Source: a virus
Taxonomy: Duplodnaviria > Caudoviricetes
Direction: 5' to 3' (one strand)
Length of the DNA stretch: 35,255 nt
IMG/VR virus record: IMGVR_UViG_3300011338_000331
Location: 1 to 35,255 of that record
Every line of letters starts with the position of its first letter. Position 1 is the first letter of the stretch. A program made the translations under genes and the position numbers. Under the pieces are notes generated by a model. It had not been told where the DNA came from. It searched no databases and saw only the letters and a list, made by a program, of their open reading frames with translations. Of this stretch, positions 10,053 to 18,484 are shown piece after piece.

Positions 10053-10321
10053 TAGTGATGTCGTTTTCTCATTTCTACTTTTTGCGTGTATACATAGTCG
10101 GCTAAGTATGTAAGGTGGGTGAATACCTCATATACACCACGCTCTGTTACCGCGTCAAACTTTGTTATATCTCGTTCCGCTAGTGATTCAATGATATGAA
10201 ACCACCCGTAAGCGGCTAAGCCGTCTGGGGTTGTTCCTGCGTCATCTCCTTCACTATCTCCGTTATCTCCTTGGCCAAATATTCGAGGGAACTGTTGTAT
10301 AGTTCTATTTCTAAACTCGAA
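10052..10321 (-). CDS. -1 frameshift extension of the tail assembly chaperone (GT-like), FEFRNRTIQQFPRIF...YGWFHIIESLAERDITKFDAVT...MRKRHH
   Basis: Open -1 frame starting at the T9 run and ending in a TAA that overlaps the next ATG. It fills the otherwise empty 10053-10215 gap. Confidence 0.75.
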   Translation of the reverse strand, partial: FEFRNRTIQQFPRIFGQGDNGDSEGDDAGTTPDGLAAYGWFHIIESLAERDITKFDAVTERGVYEVFTHLTYLADYVYTQKVEMRKRHH

Positions 10322-10818
10322 AAAAAAAGCAGCACATTCAGTACATGGTCAAGTGTTAGCTGCAATACTTCATCCTCGTACTTCCGTTTGGCGTTAGGGT
10401 TGTACGCTTCTATATCGTAATACTTCCCGAACTTAGCCTTGATGGGGCGGTATAGTATGCACATCATTTTATGCGCTGCTACTCCGTTTATCTTGCCGTC
10501 TTTGTAGATACCAGTGCAGTGCGTATCAAGGTCAATGTACTCACCAAAGGTTAGTTCATTAAGATTAGGAATAAACCCTAACTCGATTGCACCCACTCGC
10601 ACCTTGCGTTCAAAGTCATTGCTGCCTAACTTGATTGCAGCTTCAAATCGCATGATGATTTCATCTATTACTTGCGATTGCATCAGGCGTATGTTATCCA
10701 TACTCTTGCCCGTAATGATACGCACGCGCTCCATCTTATCGACTGCGTTTTGATAGTCGATATACTTGCCAAGTGTTACCGCCTTAGCGTTCGCTGCTAT
10801 GCTGAACTTAACTTTCAT
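10216..10818 (-). CDS. Putative tail assembly chaperone (G-like short form)
   Basis: Likely start MKVKFSIAA at 10818. GFIPNLNELTFGEYIDLD motif. Contains slippery CTT TTT TTT TCG near the 3' end. Confidence 0.65.
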   Translation of the reverse strand: MKVKFSIAANAKAVTLGKYIDYQNAVDKMERVRIITGKSMDNIRLMQSQVIDEIIMRFEAAIKLGSNDFERKVRVGAIELGFIPNLNELTFGEYIDLDTHCTGIYKDGKINGVAAHKMMCILYRPIKAKFGKYYDIEAYNPNAKRKYEDEVLQLTLDHVLNVLLFFSSLEIELYNSSLEYLAKEITEIVKEMTQEQPQTA

Positions 10819-10852
10819 GCTCCGTTGTATTGTAGTTTTTGATTCGTTTTTG

Positions 10853-11185
10853 TTACAGGTCACCGTGTACTTGAATGATTACCTTTTCACCACCAGCACC
10901 AGTTACTTCTTGGCGTTCTACATATCCTCTCTTTTTGCCCTTTGTTTTGAGCCTAAAGATGATTGCAGCTATTTCCCCATCTTCTATTGCTTCCATCAAT
11001 TTGATTTCAGCACGATCTGTTGCACGCTCATCTTCCACCATTAGGTCTTCAGTCAGTTCAAACTCTTTGATGTACTTATCGGCAGTATGCCAATCGCATT
11101 TTAATCTACGGGCTATTTCGGATATGTAACCGCCAGAACCTTGTATAGCCTTTTTAATCTCGGATTTTTGGAAATTGTAAGCCAT
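10853..11185 (-). CDS. terS: Terminase small subunit (HTH type)
   Basis: Likely start MAYNFQK at 11185. HTH ISEIARRLKCDWHT and C-terminal AIIFRLKTKGKKRGYVERQE. Confidence 0.7.
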   Translation of the reverse strand: MAYNFQKSEIKKAIQGSGGYISEIARRLKCDWHTADKYIKEFELTEDLMVEDERATDRAEIKLMEAIEDGEIAAIIFRLKTKGKKRGYVERQEVTGAGGEKVIIQVHGDL

Positions 11186-11189
11186 TGTT

Positions 11190-11792
11190 TTAGAGTATTG
11201 ATAGTTGTCTTTTACGCTTTTCAATAAACAAGTTATTGTAAAACATTGGTGATTTATATATCTTATTGATAAACTTTTCTGCTTCCGCGTGCGTTTCCTT
11301 TTGGTTGTACATATTGCTTAGATACTTAAACAAAAATGGTATTTCGTCAATGAGTAACTTAGCTATCATCTCGTTCAGTTGACCACCATACACTTTAAAC
11401 TCTTTGTACTTTAGGTTTAGCTTATATACATATTCCGCATCATACATGGTGTATTTTTTCTCTCGTTGCGTATATATTCTTTTTGCTTTGCCGGCTAATG
11501 GAGTTTGCCAACCACCACCACCAACCACTAAATTCATCACATGTTGAAGTTTAAGGAAAGCAGGATTAACATGTGACGCTTCGGCTGCTAATACTTCTTT
11601 ACGTGTTTCGTAATGACTAAGAATCTCCTTAGTAAAGTTATCCCAACCATGCTTTTCAATCTTTCTTTTCAGCAAAGTACCCGAACCTTTATATCCATCA
11701 TTTAGGTTATCTGTACTATGTACACCAATATATACACTATTATCAATATTGCATGTTACCTTGTATAGGTAGTTGTATTTTTTTTCTTTCAT
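11190..11792 (-). mobile_element. Free-standing GIY-YIG homing endonuclease (Seg-like)
   Basis: YLYKVTC...VYIGVHSTDNLNDGYKGSG motif. Visibly AT-richer than neighbouring genes. Confidence 0.85.
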
Positions 11793-11795
11793 AGC

Positions 11796-12248
11796 TTATT
11801 TGCCTTCATTCACTTTACCTAGCTGCCTTCTAAACTCGTTTATTAGATCGCGGATACACGATGCACACCCGCTAGGCTTTTCGTGTTTCTTTGTCACTTT
11901 GCTATACCAGTAGTAAAGCAGTTGCAAATCGTCCTGTTCTATCTTGTTAGCTTTGTTTACTCGGTGAATAAACTCATCTAACTGGCGTATCTCTTCAGGT
12001 TTCATATCAATAGCAAACCATTTGTGTGCTGGGCATGATGTAAAACGAAACTTTGTCTTTACATCCATAAAGCAACCGCACAGCGTTATCTTTTCCTTGT
12101 AGTAAGTTACATCATTCTCTTCCGGGTTGACTGTGCCACCGATTAAAGGTGTGCCGCAAGTACCGAAAGTGCCTTGGTAGAACTTACATTTTTTGCAAAT
12201 CGCCAGCCTCTCTCTCTGAATGTGCAATGGCGCGTTGAAGTTTAACAT
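11796..12248 (-). CDS. Cys-rich putative zinc-binding protein
   Basis: Likely start MLNFNAP at 12248. RLAICKKC...CGT...CGCFM...CPAHKW plus a C-terminal CASC. Confidence 0.7.
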   Translation of the reverse strand: MLNFNAPLHIQRERLAICKKCKFYQGTFGTCGTPLIGGTVNPEENDVTYYKEKITLCGCFMDVKTKFRFTSCPAHKWFAIDMKPEEIRQLDEFIHRVNKANKIEQDDLQLLYYWYSKVTKKHEKPSGCASCIRDLINEFRRQLGKVNEGK

Positions 12249-12741
12249 ACTCTCGTATTCTTTTAAGTGCCCTATGTATTGATGTGCGTAGATAGGCATA
12301 GGGTATACCTGTTTCTTTGCTTAGTTCTTTGTAATCAAAATCGGGTTTAGAGTATAGGCGTAACAAGATAGCATCAAACTCATTCATGCGCCCGATTGCG
12401 CTGTATAAATACTCCCCATCTATAAACGCACCTATCCACGTTTCATCTTGTTTGGTATCTTCTACCTGTTTATCTATATGAAGCTCGTAGTATTTGCGGT
12501 ACTTCATGGCGTAGTCACTGCGTGCGCTGTGCCATGATAGCCAAATAGCCCTGTTGATGTATGCTTCTACCTTGCCACGACAAACTATATCTTTTATGTC
12601 CTGTTCAGGTCTATCCATTAGCCGGGCAAGTACCTCGTGCAATAAATCACTTCCCTTGTTTTTATCGTGAGCAAGCCTTGTGGCCTTGTCAAGCCATGCG
12701 TTATAATGCTTTGATATGTTGACACTTATACAGCTATCCAA
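12184..12741 (-). CDS. Sigma-70/ECF-like factor (probable late transcription regulator)
   Basis: DLLHEVLARL resembles region 2. LLRLYSKPDFDYKELSKETGIPYAYLRTSIHRALKRIR resembles the region 4 HTH. TTG start. First gene of the minus-strand block. Confidence 0.75.
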   Translation of the reverse strand: MDSCISVNISKHYNAWLDKATRLAHDKNKGSDLLHEVLARLMDRPEQDIKDIVCRGKVEAYINRAIWLSWHSARSDYAMKYRKYYELHIDKQVEDTKQDETWIGAFIDGEYLYSAIGRMNEFDAILLRLYSKPDFDYKELSKETGIPYAYLRTSIHRALKRIREYVKLQRAIAHSEREAGDLQKM

Positions 12742-12758
12742 AAATATTCACGAAATAA

Positions 12759-12789
12759 TTTGCATACTGAAAATTCTTGCTTAGATTTG
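12759..12789 (+). promoter_or_regulatory. Bacteroidota-type promoter for the early operon
   Basis: TTTG (12759-62), N19, TAGATTTG (12782-89). Confidence 0.8.
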
Positions 12790-12801
12790 CCCACATCAAT
12801 A

Positions 12802-12809
12802 CAAAGGTA
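12802..12809 (-). promoter_or_regulatory. -7 box facing the sigma-like gene
   Basis: TACCTTTG on the minus strand. No clear -33 element. Confidence 0.5.
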
Positions 12810-12826
12810 ATCAAAAACAAAAGTAA

Positions 12827-13084
12827 ATGAATCATTTTAAGTTTGACCATGAGAGCAGCATTATCCCTGCACTACTTACAATCGAGGTAAGCTACAATCC
12901 GCACTACCGTGAGGCCACTTATGATAGCCCGGCTGAGTTTGATGCAGACGATGTATCCTACCGAGTGCTGTGCGAGAAGTTAGACATGACTGATTGCATA
13001 GACAATTCAAACTACCGCGAGTTGCACGATGAGATAGCTAACGCGGTTGACAGTGAAATTTCAAACCATTTTTTTAATCTTTAA
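12827..13084 (+). CDS. Acidic hypothetical early protein
   Basis: 85 aa, first ORF after the promoter, A-rich start context. Confidence 0.7.
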   Translation: MNHFKFDHESSIIPALLTIEVSYNPHYREATYDSPAEFDADDVSYRVLCEKLDMTDCIDNSNYRELHDEIANAVDSEISNHFFNL

Positions 13085-13096
13085 TAAATCAATACA

Positions 13097-13432
13097 ATGA
13101 CACAAACTATTGAGGTTAACACCTACCATCCAGTAGTAAACGGAACTACTGAAATCACACTACCTTACTACTACACCTGTGGTAACTTTGGACATGTCTA
13201 CTGCTGTATGTCTGCAGACATGGTGCTTACTACCGTAATGAGTTACGCTACCAACAAGCAAATCGAGGTGCGTAAGTACGACGATATTTCACAGGTCAAG
13301 TCACGTTTGGAGATTGATATGCGCGACAAGCTATATAAGTCTATTGATGACGCTGTGTTTATGCATATGTTTAGCGAGGCTCACCGCGAAGTGTTCTACG
13401 CTGTTAATCCTGAACTCAAACCAAAGCTATGA
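13097..13432 (+). CDS. Hypothetical early protein
   Basis: 111 aa, ATGA overlap with the next gene. Confidence 0.7.
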   Translation: MTQTIEVNTYHPVVNGTTEITLPYYYTCGNFGHVYCCMSADMVLTTVMSYATNKQIEVRKYDDISQVKSRLEIDMRDKLYKSIDDAVFMHMFSEAHREVFYAVNPELKPKL

Positions 13433-13665
13433 GAAAGCACAATAAACTAAATGGGTTGATCGCGAAGACAGTGGGCAGTAATGCTGCCCTACTTCGTGCG
13501 ATGCGCAAGAGCAGCACGCCCATATCAGACCGCACACTTTACAACTGGTTGTATGATGCTAAGACTATCAAGCTGCAACAACTCATTAACCTGTCAAAGG
13601 CTATGGATGTGCCGGTGTGCGAACTAATCAAATCAATAACAATCAAAAACGAAGGTGATGAATAA
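13429..13665 (+). CDS. Cro/XRE-like HTH regulator
   Basis: ISDRTLYNWL...IKLQQLINLSKAMDVPVCELI pattern. Confidence 0.75.
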   Translation: MRKHNKLNGLIAKTVGSNAALLRAMRKSSTPISDRTLYNWLYDAKTIKLQQLINLSKAMDVPVCELIKSITIKNEGDE

Positions 13666-14254
13666 CTTAAAAAGAGTACTAATCAAACCACATGCAAAGA
13701 AGCTACGTAAGGACACCATACCAACGCGCAGCGACATCCTTTACATCGTAAAGAACTTTGATAAACTTAGCTTTGAACAGATACGCAAGAACTTAAACGT
13801 AAGTAATGCCAAACTGATTCAATGGTGCAAGTTCATCTTTACCACTGATAAGAAAGAGGCTAAGTGGAATGAGATGAATAAGAAGCTAGATGAGTTAGAG
13901 TTCTACGAAGAGTTTACCGATTCAATGCAGAGCGAATACGATGTGCACGACATACGTAGGATAAATGGCAAAAACATGTACATAGTTAAAAAAAAGATAG
14001 TCAACGAGAATCGTATGTGCTATCTAATTACTATCAATAACATGAACAGCATGATTGTGCGCTTTGATATACCAGTTGAGCGCACCTCGGTAAGCTATTG
14101 CCCGATATCACTTGGCTGTGATTACGATGTTCATTCGTTGGGCCATTGGGAATACCAACAACTTGAAAAGGATTTGCCCGTGATCCACTTGGAGGCGGAT
14201 GAAGATTACATCGGTAAGTTTTGGTTAGCCATATCTAATACCATTAATGCATGA
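13655..14254 (+). CDS. Hypothetical protein with possible N-terminal HTH
   Basis: LSFEQIRKNLNVSNAKLIQW. Operon packing. Confidence 0.55.
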   Translation: MMNNLKRVLIKPHAKKLRKDTIPTRSDILYIVKNFDKLSFEQIRKNLNVSNAKLIQWCKFIFTTDKKEAKWNEMNKKLDELEFYEEFTDSMQSEYDVHDIRRINGKNMYIVKKKIVNENRMCYLITINNMNSMIVRFDIPVERTSVSYCPISLGCDYDVHSLGHWEYQQLEKDLPVIHLEADEDYIGKFWLAISNTINA

Positions 14255-14613
14255 AGCACGAGGAAAGCAAGATACAACAACGCTGCGTGGAGTGGTTTCG
14301 CTATTCATTCCCTCGCGTATTAATCGCTTCCTTCCCTAATGGTGTGTACATAGGTGGTACACCTGTGCAAAGAGCGCGTAGATGGAATTTGTTGAAAGCA
14401 GAAGGTGCTATGCCCGGTATGCCCGATTTGATGATCTGCATGAGTAGTGGACCATACCATGCACTATTCATCGAAATGAAAACCGAAAAGGGTAAACTAT
14501 CCGACACACAAAAAATCGTTCACGCACAGCTTATCAATGCAGGTTATGCAGTCAAGGTGTGCAGGTCATTTGAAGAATTCACAATAACAATTAAAACATA
14601 TTTAGAGCAATGA
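14251..14613 (+). CDS. VRR-NUC domain nuclease
   Basis: ESKIQ...GMPDL...LFIEMKTEKGKLSDTQK, a PD-(D/E)xK pattern. Confidence 0.9.
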   Translation: MKHEESKIQQRCVEWFRYSFPRVLIASFPNGVYIGGTPVQRARRWNLLKAEGAMPGMPDLMICMSSGPYHALFIEMKTEKGKLSDTQKIVHAQLINAGYAVKVCRSFEEFTITIKTYLEQ

Positions 14614-15023
14614 GCAAGACAAAGGAAAAGTATATGAACGCAATGCTGTATGCATGTGGACAACCTGAGTTCAATTCACGGGAATTTGCCAAGGCATTCA
14701 AGATAAGCCACAACGTAATCACAGCCATGCACGAATTAGGCTTAGTGCAAAAGGTAGGCAATGGCAAGTATTGTTGGATCATTAGACGCGAACCATTGAC
14801 ATCGGATGTTGTCGCTATTCGTAAACGTTTGGCTGCATATAGCGCAACCGCTCGTCAAAGCAATGGCCAATTAAAGCTAACACCAATCAAACGTGTTGAG
14901 CGAACAGAGCCAGTGCGTGTGCAGGAAGAAGTGATACACGACACAAGCAATAGCAAGGTGATTATAATCTTGGCGGTTGGTGCAATAGTAGGTTTCTTAA
15001 TCGCTACAATTATTTGGAAGTAG
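14610..15023 (+). CDS. Hypothetical protein with wHTH-like N-terminus and C-terminal TM helix
   Basis: C-terminal VIIILAVGAIVGFLIATIIWK. Confidence 0.6.
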   Translation: MSKTKEKYMNAMLYACGQPEFNSREFAKAFKISHNVITAMHELGLVQKVGNGKYCWIIRREPLTSDVVAIRKRLAAYSATARQSNGQLKLTPIKRVERTEPVRVQEEVIHDTSNSKVIIILAVGAIVGFLIATIIWK

Positions 15024-15043
15024 ATATAGTTTGACTATATTTG
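15013..15043 (+). promoter_or_regulatory. Bacteroidota-type promoter upstream of replication genes
   Basis: TTTG (15013-16), N19, TATATTTG (15036-43). Confidence 0.8.
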
Positions 15044-15047
15044 CAAT

Positions 15048-15150
15048 GCTACCCAGTATGAAAAACATTTTAAATCCCATCACTACCGCATTGCCATAGC
15101 ACATCCGTGCGCTGGGTAGCCTTTGTGTGTAGTGGTGGGTATTTAGTTTT
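15048..15150 (+). promoter_or_regulatory. Structured 5' leader with a 13-aa uORF (15058-15099, MKNILNPITTALP)
   Basis: Interleaved complementary pairs: GCTACCCAG/CTGGGTAGC and TAAATCCCATCACTAC/GTAGTGGTGGGTATTTA. Confidence 0.6.
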
Positions 15151-15936
15151 ATGAAAGACCCGGCATTTCTTTTTTATTCATCCGATTTTCTTTCGGGTGT
15201 GCAGGACTTGACCATGGAAGAACGCGGTCAATACATCACCCTGCTATGCTTGCAACATCAAAAGGGTCACCTTACCGAAAAGATGATACGGCTATGCTGC
15301 GGCAATGCCGCGGCAGATGTCATGGCAAAGTTTCGGCAGGATGATGATGGACTTTTTTTTAACGAACGTCTTGAGATTGAAGTAGGTAAGCGTAAAGCCC
15401 ATACTGAAAAGCAGCGTATACGTGCTATTGATGGATGGAAAAAAAGAAAAAATCAAGACTGTGATACAGATGCCACGGCATCTACCACGGCAAATGCCAC
15501 GGCATTGCCTTTAGAAAATAGAAATGAAAATGAAAATAGAAATGAAATTATAGTTGAAGATGCAAATGAAAAAAAGACTACGCGCAAAAAGTTTGTGAAG
15601 CCACATGAGAATGATGTCTACAACCTGATGGGCGAACTGAATGCAGCAGGTAGGAATTTCATGAGCGAAGTGCAGTTAGTTAATTTTGCTCGCACGTTTA
15701 TGGATCACTACGAAGCCAATGGATGGATAGTAGGTAAGACCGCTATGAAGGATTGGCAAAGCACAGTTAAGAACTGGATGCGCCGGGAATGGGATAAAAT
15801 TAAAAATCAAAAATCATATGGCAAACAATCAAATTCAACAGCAGACAGCATTGCAAAAGCTAACCAACTTTTCCGCGATGCAGTCGCTATCAGTCGAGCA
15901 CGCGATGAAGCAAGACAAGATAGCACTACTTCGTAA
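15151..15936 (+). CDS. Replication initiator (YdaU/DUF1376-like N-terminus, lambda O-type architecture)
   Basis: PAFLFYSSDFL...EERGQYITLLC N-terminus. C-terminal HYEANGW...MKDWQSTVKNW. Internal iterons. Confidence 0.8.
   Translation: MKDPAFLFYSSDFLSGVQDLTMEERGQYITLLCLQHQKGHLTEKMIRLCCGNAAADVMAKFRQDDDGLFFNERLEIEVGKRKAHTEKQRIRAIDGWKKRKNQDCDTDATASTTANATALPLENRNENENRNEIIVEDANEKKTTRKKFVKPHENDVYNLMGELNAAGRNFMSEVQLVNFARTFMDHYEANGWIVGKTAMKDWQSTVKNWMRREWDKIKNQKSYGKQSNSTADSIAKANQLFRDAVAISRARDEARQDSTTS
15294..15546. repeat. Putative replication origin: TGCCRCGGCA-like iterons plus an A-rich tract
   Basis: Three degenerate copies at 15294-15327, three 12-bp-spaced copies at 15469-15504, then GAAAATAGAAATGAAAAT repeats at 15514-15546. 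Confidence 0.7.
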
Positions 15937-16507
15937 ACTTGACCGCACAACCACAAAGATTAAAATCATGGAGCTGGTTACACGATGTACCCAACTGCTC
16001 AATGTACAGAACAACATGAACGCACTTCAGATTGAATTCTGTGCTGAAAACATTCTCGATAAGATGTGGATGTATAGCCTTGAAGATATCCAGTTGTGTT
16101 TAGATCGTGGTGCAATTGGTGCTTATGGCACGATATACAACCGCATTGACCCGGCAACAATCCTTGCGTGGTTTCCATTGTACGATGCACAACGCCAACT
16201 TGTTATTGATGGAATCAATGAGAATGAAAAGCAATCCAACAACATCTACGAAATGTTCCAACACCCGCAGGTGAAGGAAGCTATACAGACCGCGGCGGAT
16301 AAGTTGAAGATAGAAGAAGCCCCGGCACAAGAAGCAAAGCGTACCAAGCCGTCACGGTTTGAACAAATGCTCATGGACGAGTATGATGAGTTGCCTACAT
16401 GGGACAATGATATGCGCTTCCGCGTGTACAACAACCGCCCTTACCAGTTCACGGAGTACAGGAAGGAACGCTACCGGGAATTGATTGAACAGCAAAATGA
16501 GTATTGA
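15818..16507 (+). CDS. Replication accessory protein (possible helicase loader)
   Basis: Overlaps the initiator 3' end by 119 bp. SLEDIQLC...GAYGTIYNRID motif. Function inferred from position. Confidence 0.5.
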   Translation: MANNQIQQQTALQKLTNFSAMQSLSVEHAMKQDKIALLRKLDRTTTKIKIMELVTRCTQLLNVQNNMNALQIEFCAENILDKMWMYSLEDIQLCLDRGAIGAYGTIYNRIDPATILAWFPLYDAQRQLVIDGINENEKQSNNIYEMFQHPQVKEAIQTAADKLKIEEAPAQEAKRTKPSRFEQMLMDEYDELPTWDNDMRFRVYNNRPYQFTEYRKERYRELIEQQNEY

Positions 16508-16508
16508 T

Positions 16509-16667
16509 ATGGAATACGATATCGCAAAAGAGAATCAACTTCTCCGTAAATTATTTATCTTAGCGGCAAAGCGTAGTATGCGCCCATCAATGGCAGATAA
16601 CCAGGCGATGTGGTTAATACTTGCGGAACTATACCAACTGACAGGTAATGAACTTTACAAACTATGA
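16509..16667 (+). CDS. Hypothetical protein
   Basis: Likely start MEYD at 16509. ATGA overlap downstream. Confidence 0.55.
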   Translation: MEYDIAKENQLLRKLFILAAKRSMRPSMADNQAMWLILAELYQLTGNELYKL

Positions 16668-16849
16668 CCGTAGCTGAACTGCTCACCGCTCTTAACGAGT
16701 ACGAAGATGATGTTGAAGTAATGGTAGGTTACTTGAATGGAAGCACGATAATGGGCACGGACTTTACACTACTAGAATCAGTTGATCAAGATAACAGGCA
16801 ACCGCTTGTGTTGCTAATGACCGAGGAATACAAACACATATTTAATTAA
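16664..16849 (+). CDS. Small acidic hypothetical protein
   Basis: MTVAELLTALNEYEDDVEV, a common phage small-protein start. Confidence 0.65.
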   Translation: MTVAELLTALNEYEDDVEVMVGYLNGSTIMGTDFTLLESVDQDNRQPLVLLMTEEYKHIFN

Positions 16850-16854
16850 ACACA

Positions 16855-17094
16855 ATGAGTAACTACACACACAAGCCCGGCACAGGAGTGCTATTCAAAA
16901 ACGACAAAAAGACTTCACCGAATCAACCCGATATGACAGGTGCGGGTGCAGATGAATTAGGGAATCAAATACGCATAGCTGCATGGACTAAAGAAGGTAA
17001 GAACGGTGTTAAGTATCTATCTTGGAAAATTAGTCCTATGCAAGAATCTAACGTAAATAATGAACCTGAAAGAGGCAATGATTTGCCCTTCTAA
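16855..17094 (+). CDS. Small SSB-like protein (DUF736-like)
   Basis: GVLFKND...QPDMTG...IAAWTKEGKNGVKYLS and an acidic tail ending DLPF. Confidence 0.75.
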   Translation: MSNYTHKPGTGVLFKNDKKTSPNQPDMTGAGADELGNQIRIAAWTKEGKNGVKYLSWKISPMQESNVNNEPERGNDLPF

Positions 17095-18392
17095 TGATTG
17101 AATATCTACCGAAACAAAATGAGGCACTGCGCGTACTGGGTAACTCACACCCGGCACGTGTGGTGCTATTCGGAGGTGCAGCGGGTGGGTCGAAGTCATT
17201 TATCGGTTGCGCGTGGCAGATAAGCCGTAGGTATAAGTATCCAGGCACGCGTGGTTTGATAGGTCGTAGTAAACTTGACACTCTCAAAAAGACAACTCTC
17301 AAGACTTTCTTTGAGGTTGCACAGATGTTTGGACTTGCACCTAACGAGCATTACACCATTAACAACCAAACGCATGTTATAACTTTTGCCAATGGTAGTG
17401 AAATAATCCTGAAGGACTTGTTTGCGTATCCATCAGACCCGGAGTTTCATGCGCTAGGTGGTCTTGAGTTGACAGATGCATATGTGGATGAAAGCGCACA
17501 GGTCAGCAAGCGTGCAATAGACATCCTGCAATCACGTATTCGATACAAGCTAAAGCAATATGATCTTAAACCAAAGATGCTACTCACTTGCAATCCGTCC
17601 AAAGGATGGCTTTACAATGAGTTCTACGCACCATTCAAGAATGATTCGTTACCGCCACACCTTGCGTTCATTCCTTCGCTACCTACAGACAACCCACACC
17701 TGCCCGAATCCTATCTTGAAACCTTACGCATGTTGCCCGAAGTAGATAGGCGAAGGCTGCTTGATGGTGACTGGGAATACGATGAGAGCATTGACAACCT
17801 ATATCAGTACGATGATTTGGTGCGCTGCTTCCGAGATGAAGAAAGCAAAGGTGATAAGTACATCAGTGCCGACATCGCACGACTAGGAAAAGACCGCACA
17901 GTTATTTGCGTGTGGCATGGTTTACACCTTATCGAGATACACGAGCTGCGTAAGCAGCCAATAACAACAGTTGTCACTACCATACGCCAACTATGCGAAA
18001 GGCACAGCGTGAGATTAACCAACGTGATCTGTGACGAGGATGGTGTAGGTGGTGGTGTAGTCGATAGCTTGAAGTGCCGAGGGTTTCTTAATGGTGGGCG
18101 TGCTAAGCAACCCGATAAGTTCACCAATCAAAAGGCCGAGTGCTATTTCAAGTTAGCAGAATTAATCGAACAGAACAAAGTCGTATTCAAAGTGCAATCC
18201 TTCCGGGATGTAATCGTACAAGAACTGGACATGATACGCAGGCGCACTCCCGAAGCCGATGGCAAACTCGCTGTGATAAGTAAAGACGAGATAGCACGTA
18301 TGCACGGGAAGTCTCCCGATTACGCCGATGCCATCATGATGCGGATGTACTTTGAACTATTCCCTAACTACGGCTCCTATTCGTGGGCGTAG
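17094..18392 (+). CDS. terL: Terminase large subunit
   Basis: Walker A GGAAGGSKS, Walker B AYVDES, TCNP coupling motif, nuclease motifs ADIARLGKD and SPDYADA. Confidence 0.95.
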   Translation: MIEYLPKQNEALRVLGNSHPARVVLFGGAAGGSKSFIGCAWQISRRYKYPGTRGLIGRSKLDTLKKTTLKTFFEVAQMFGLAPNEHYTINNQTHVITFANGSEIILKDLFAYPSDPEFHALGGLELTDAYVDESAQVSKRAIDILQSRIRYKLKQYDLKPKMLLTCNPSKGWLYNEFYAPFKNDSLPPHLAFIPSLPTDNPHLPESYLETLRMLPEVDRRRLLDGDWEYDESIDNLYQYDDLVRCFRDEESKGDKYISADIARLGKDRTVICVWHGLHLIEIHELRKQPITTVVTTIRQLCERHSVRLTNVICDEDGVGGGVVDSLKCRGFLNGGRAKQPDKFTNQKAECYFKLAELIEQNKVVFKVQSFRDVIVQELDMIRRRTPEADGKLAVISKDEIARMHGKSPDYADAIMMRMYFELFPNYGSYSWA

Positions 18393-18452
18393 GGACAAAT
18401 TGTCCCCATCAATTTTAACAATTTTTAACAGGGTGTGTGTAATTATTTGCAG

Positions 18453-18460
18453 TACATTTG
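18453..18460 (+). promoter_or_regulatory. -7 promoter box upstream of the recombination module
   Basis: TACATTTG in intergenic DNA. No clear -33 element. Confidence 0.55.
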
Positions 18461-18484
18461 GCTATCAATTTAAAACAATACACA

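Noticed and set aside
6635-10055. Many plus-strand ORFs within the fibre gene
   Set aside because: Antisense shadows with no start context or motifs.
13988-13996. A8G run as a frameshift site
   Set aside because: Encodes KKK mid-ORF in a Lys-rich gene. No domain boundary or orphan frame needs explaining.
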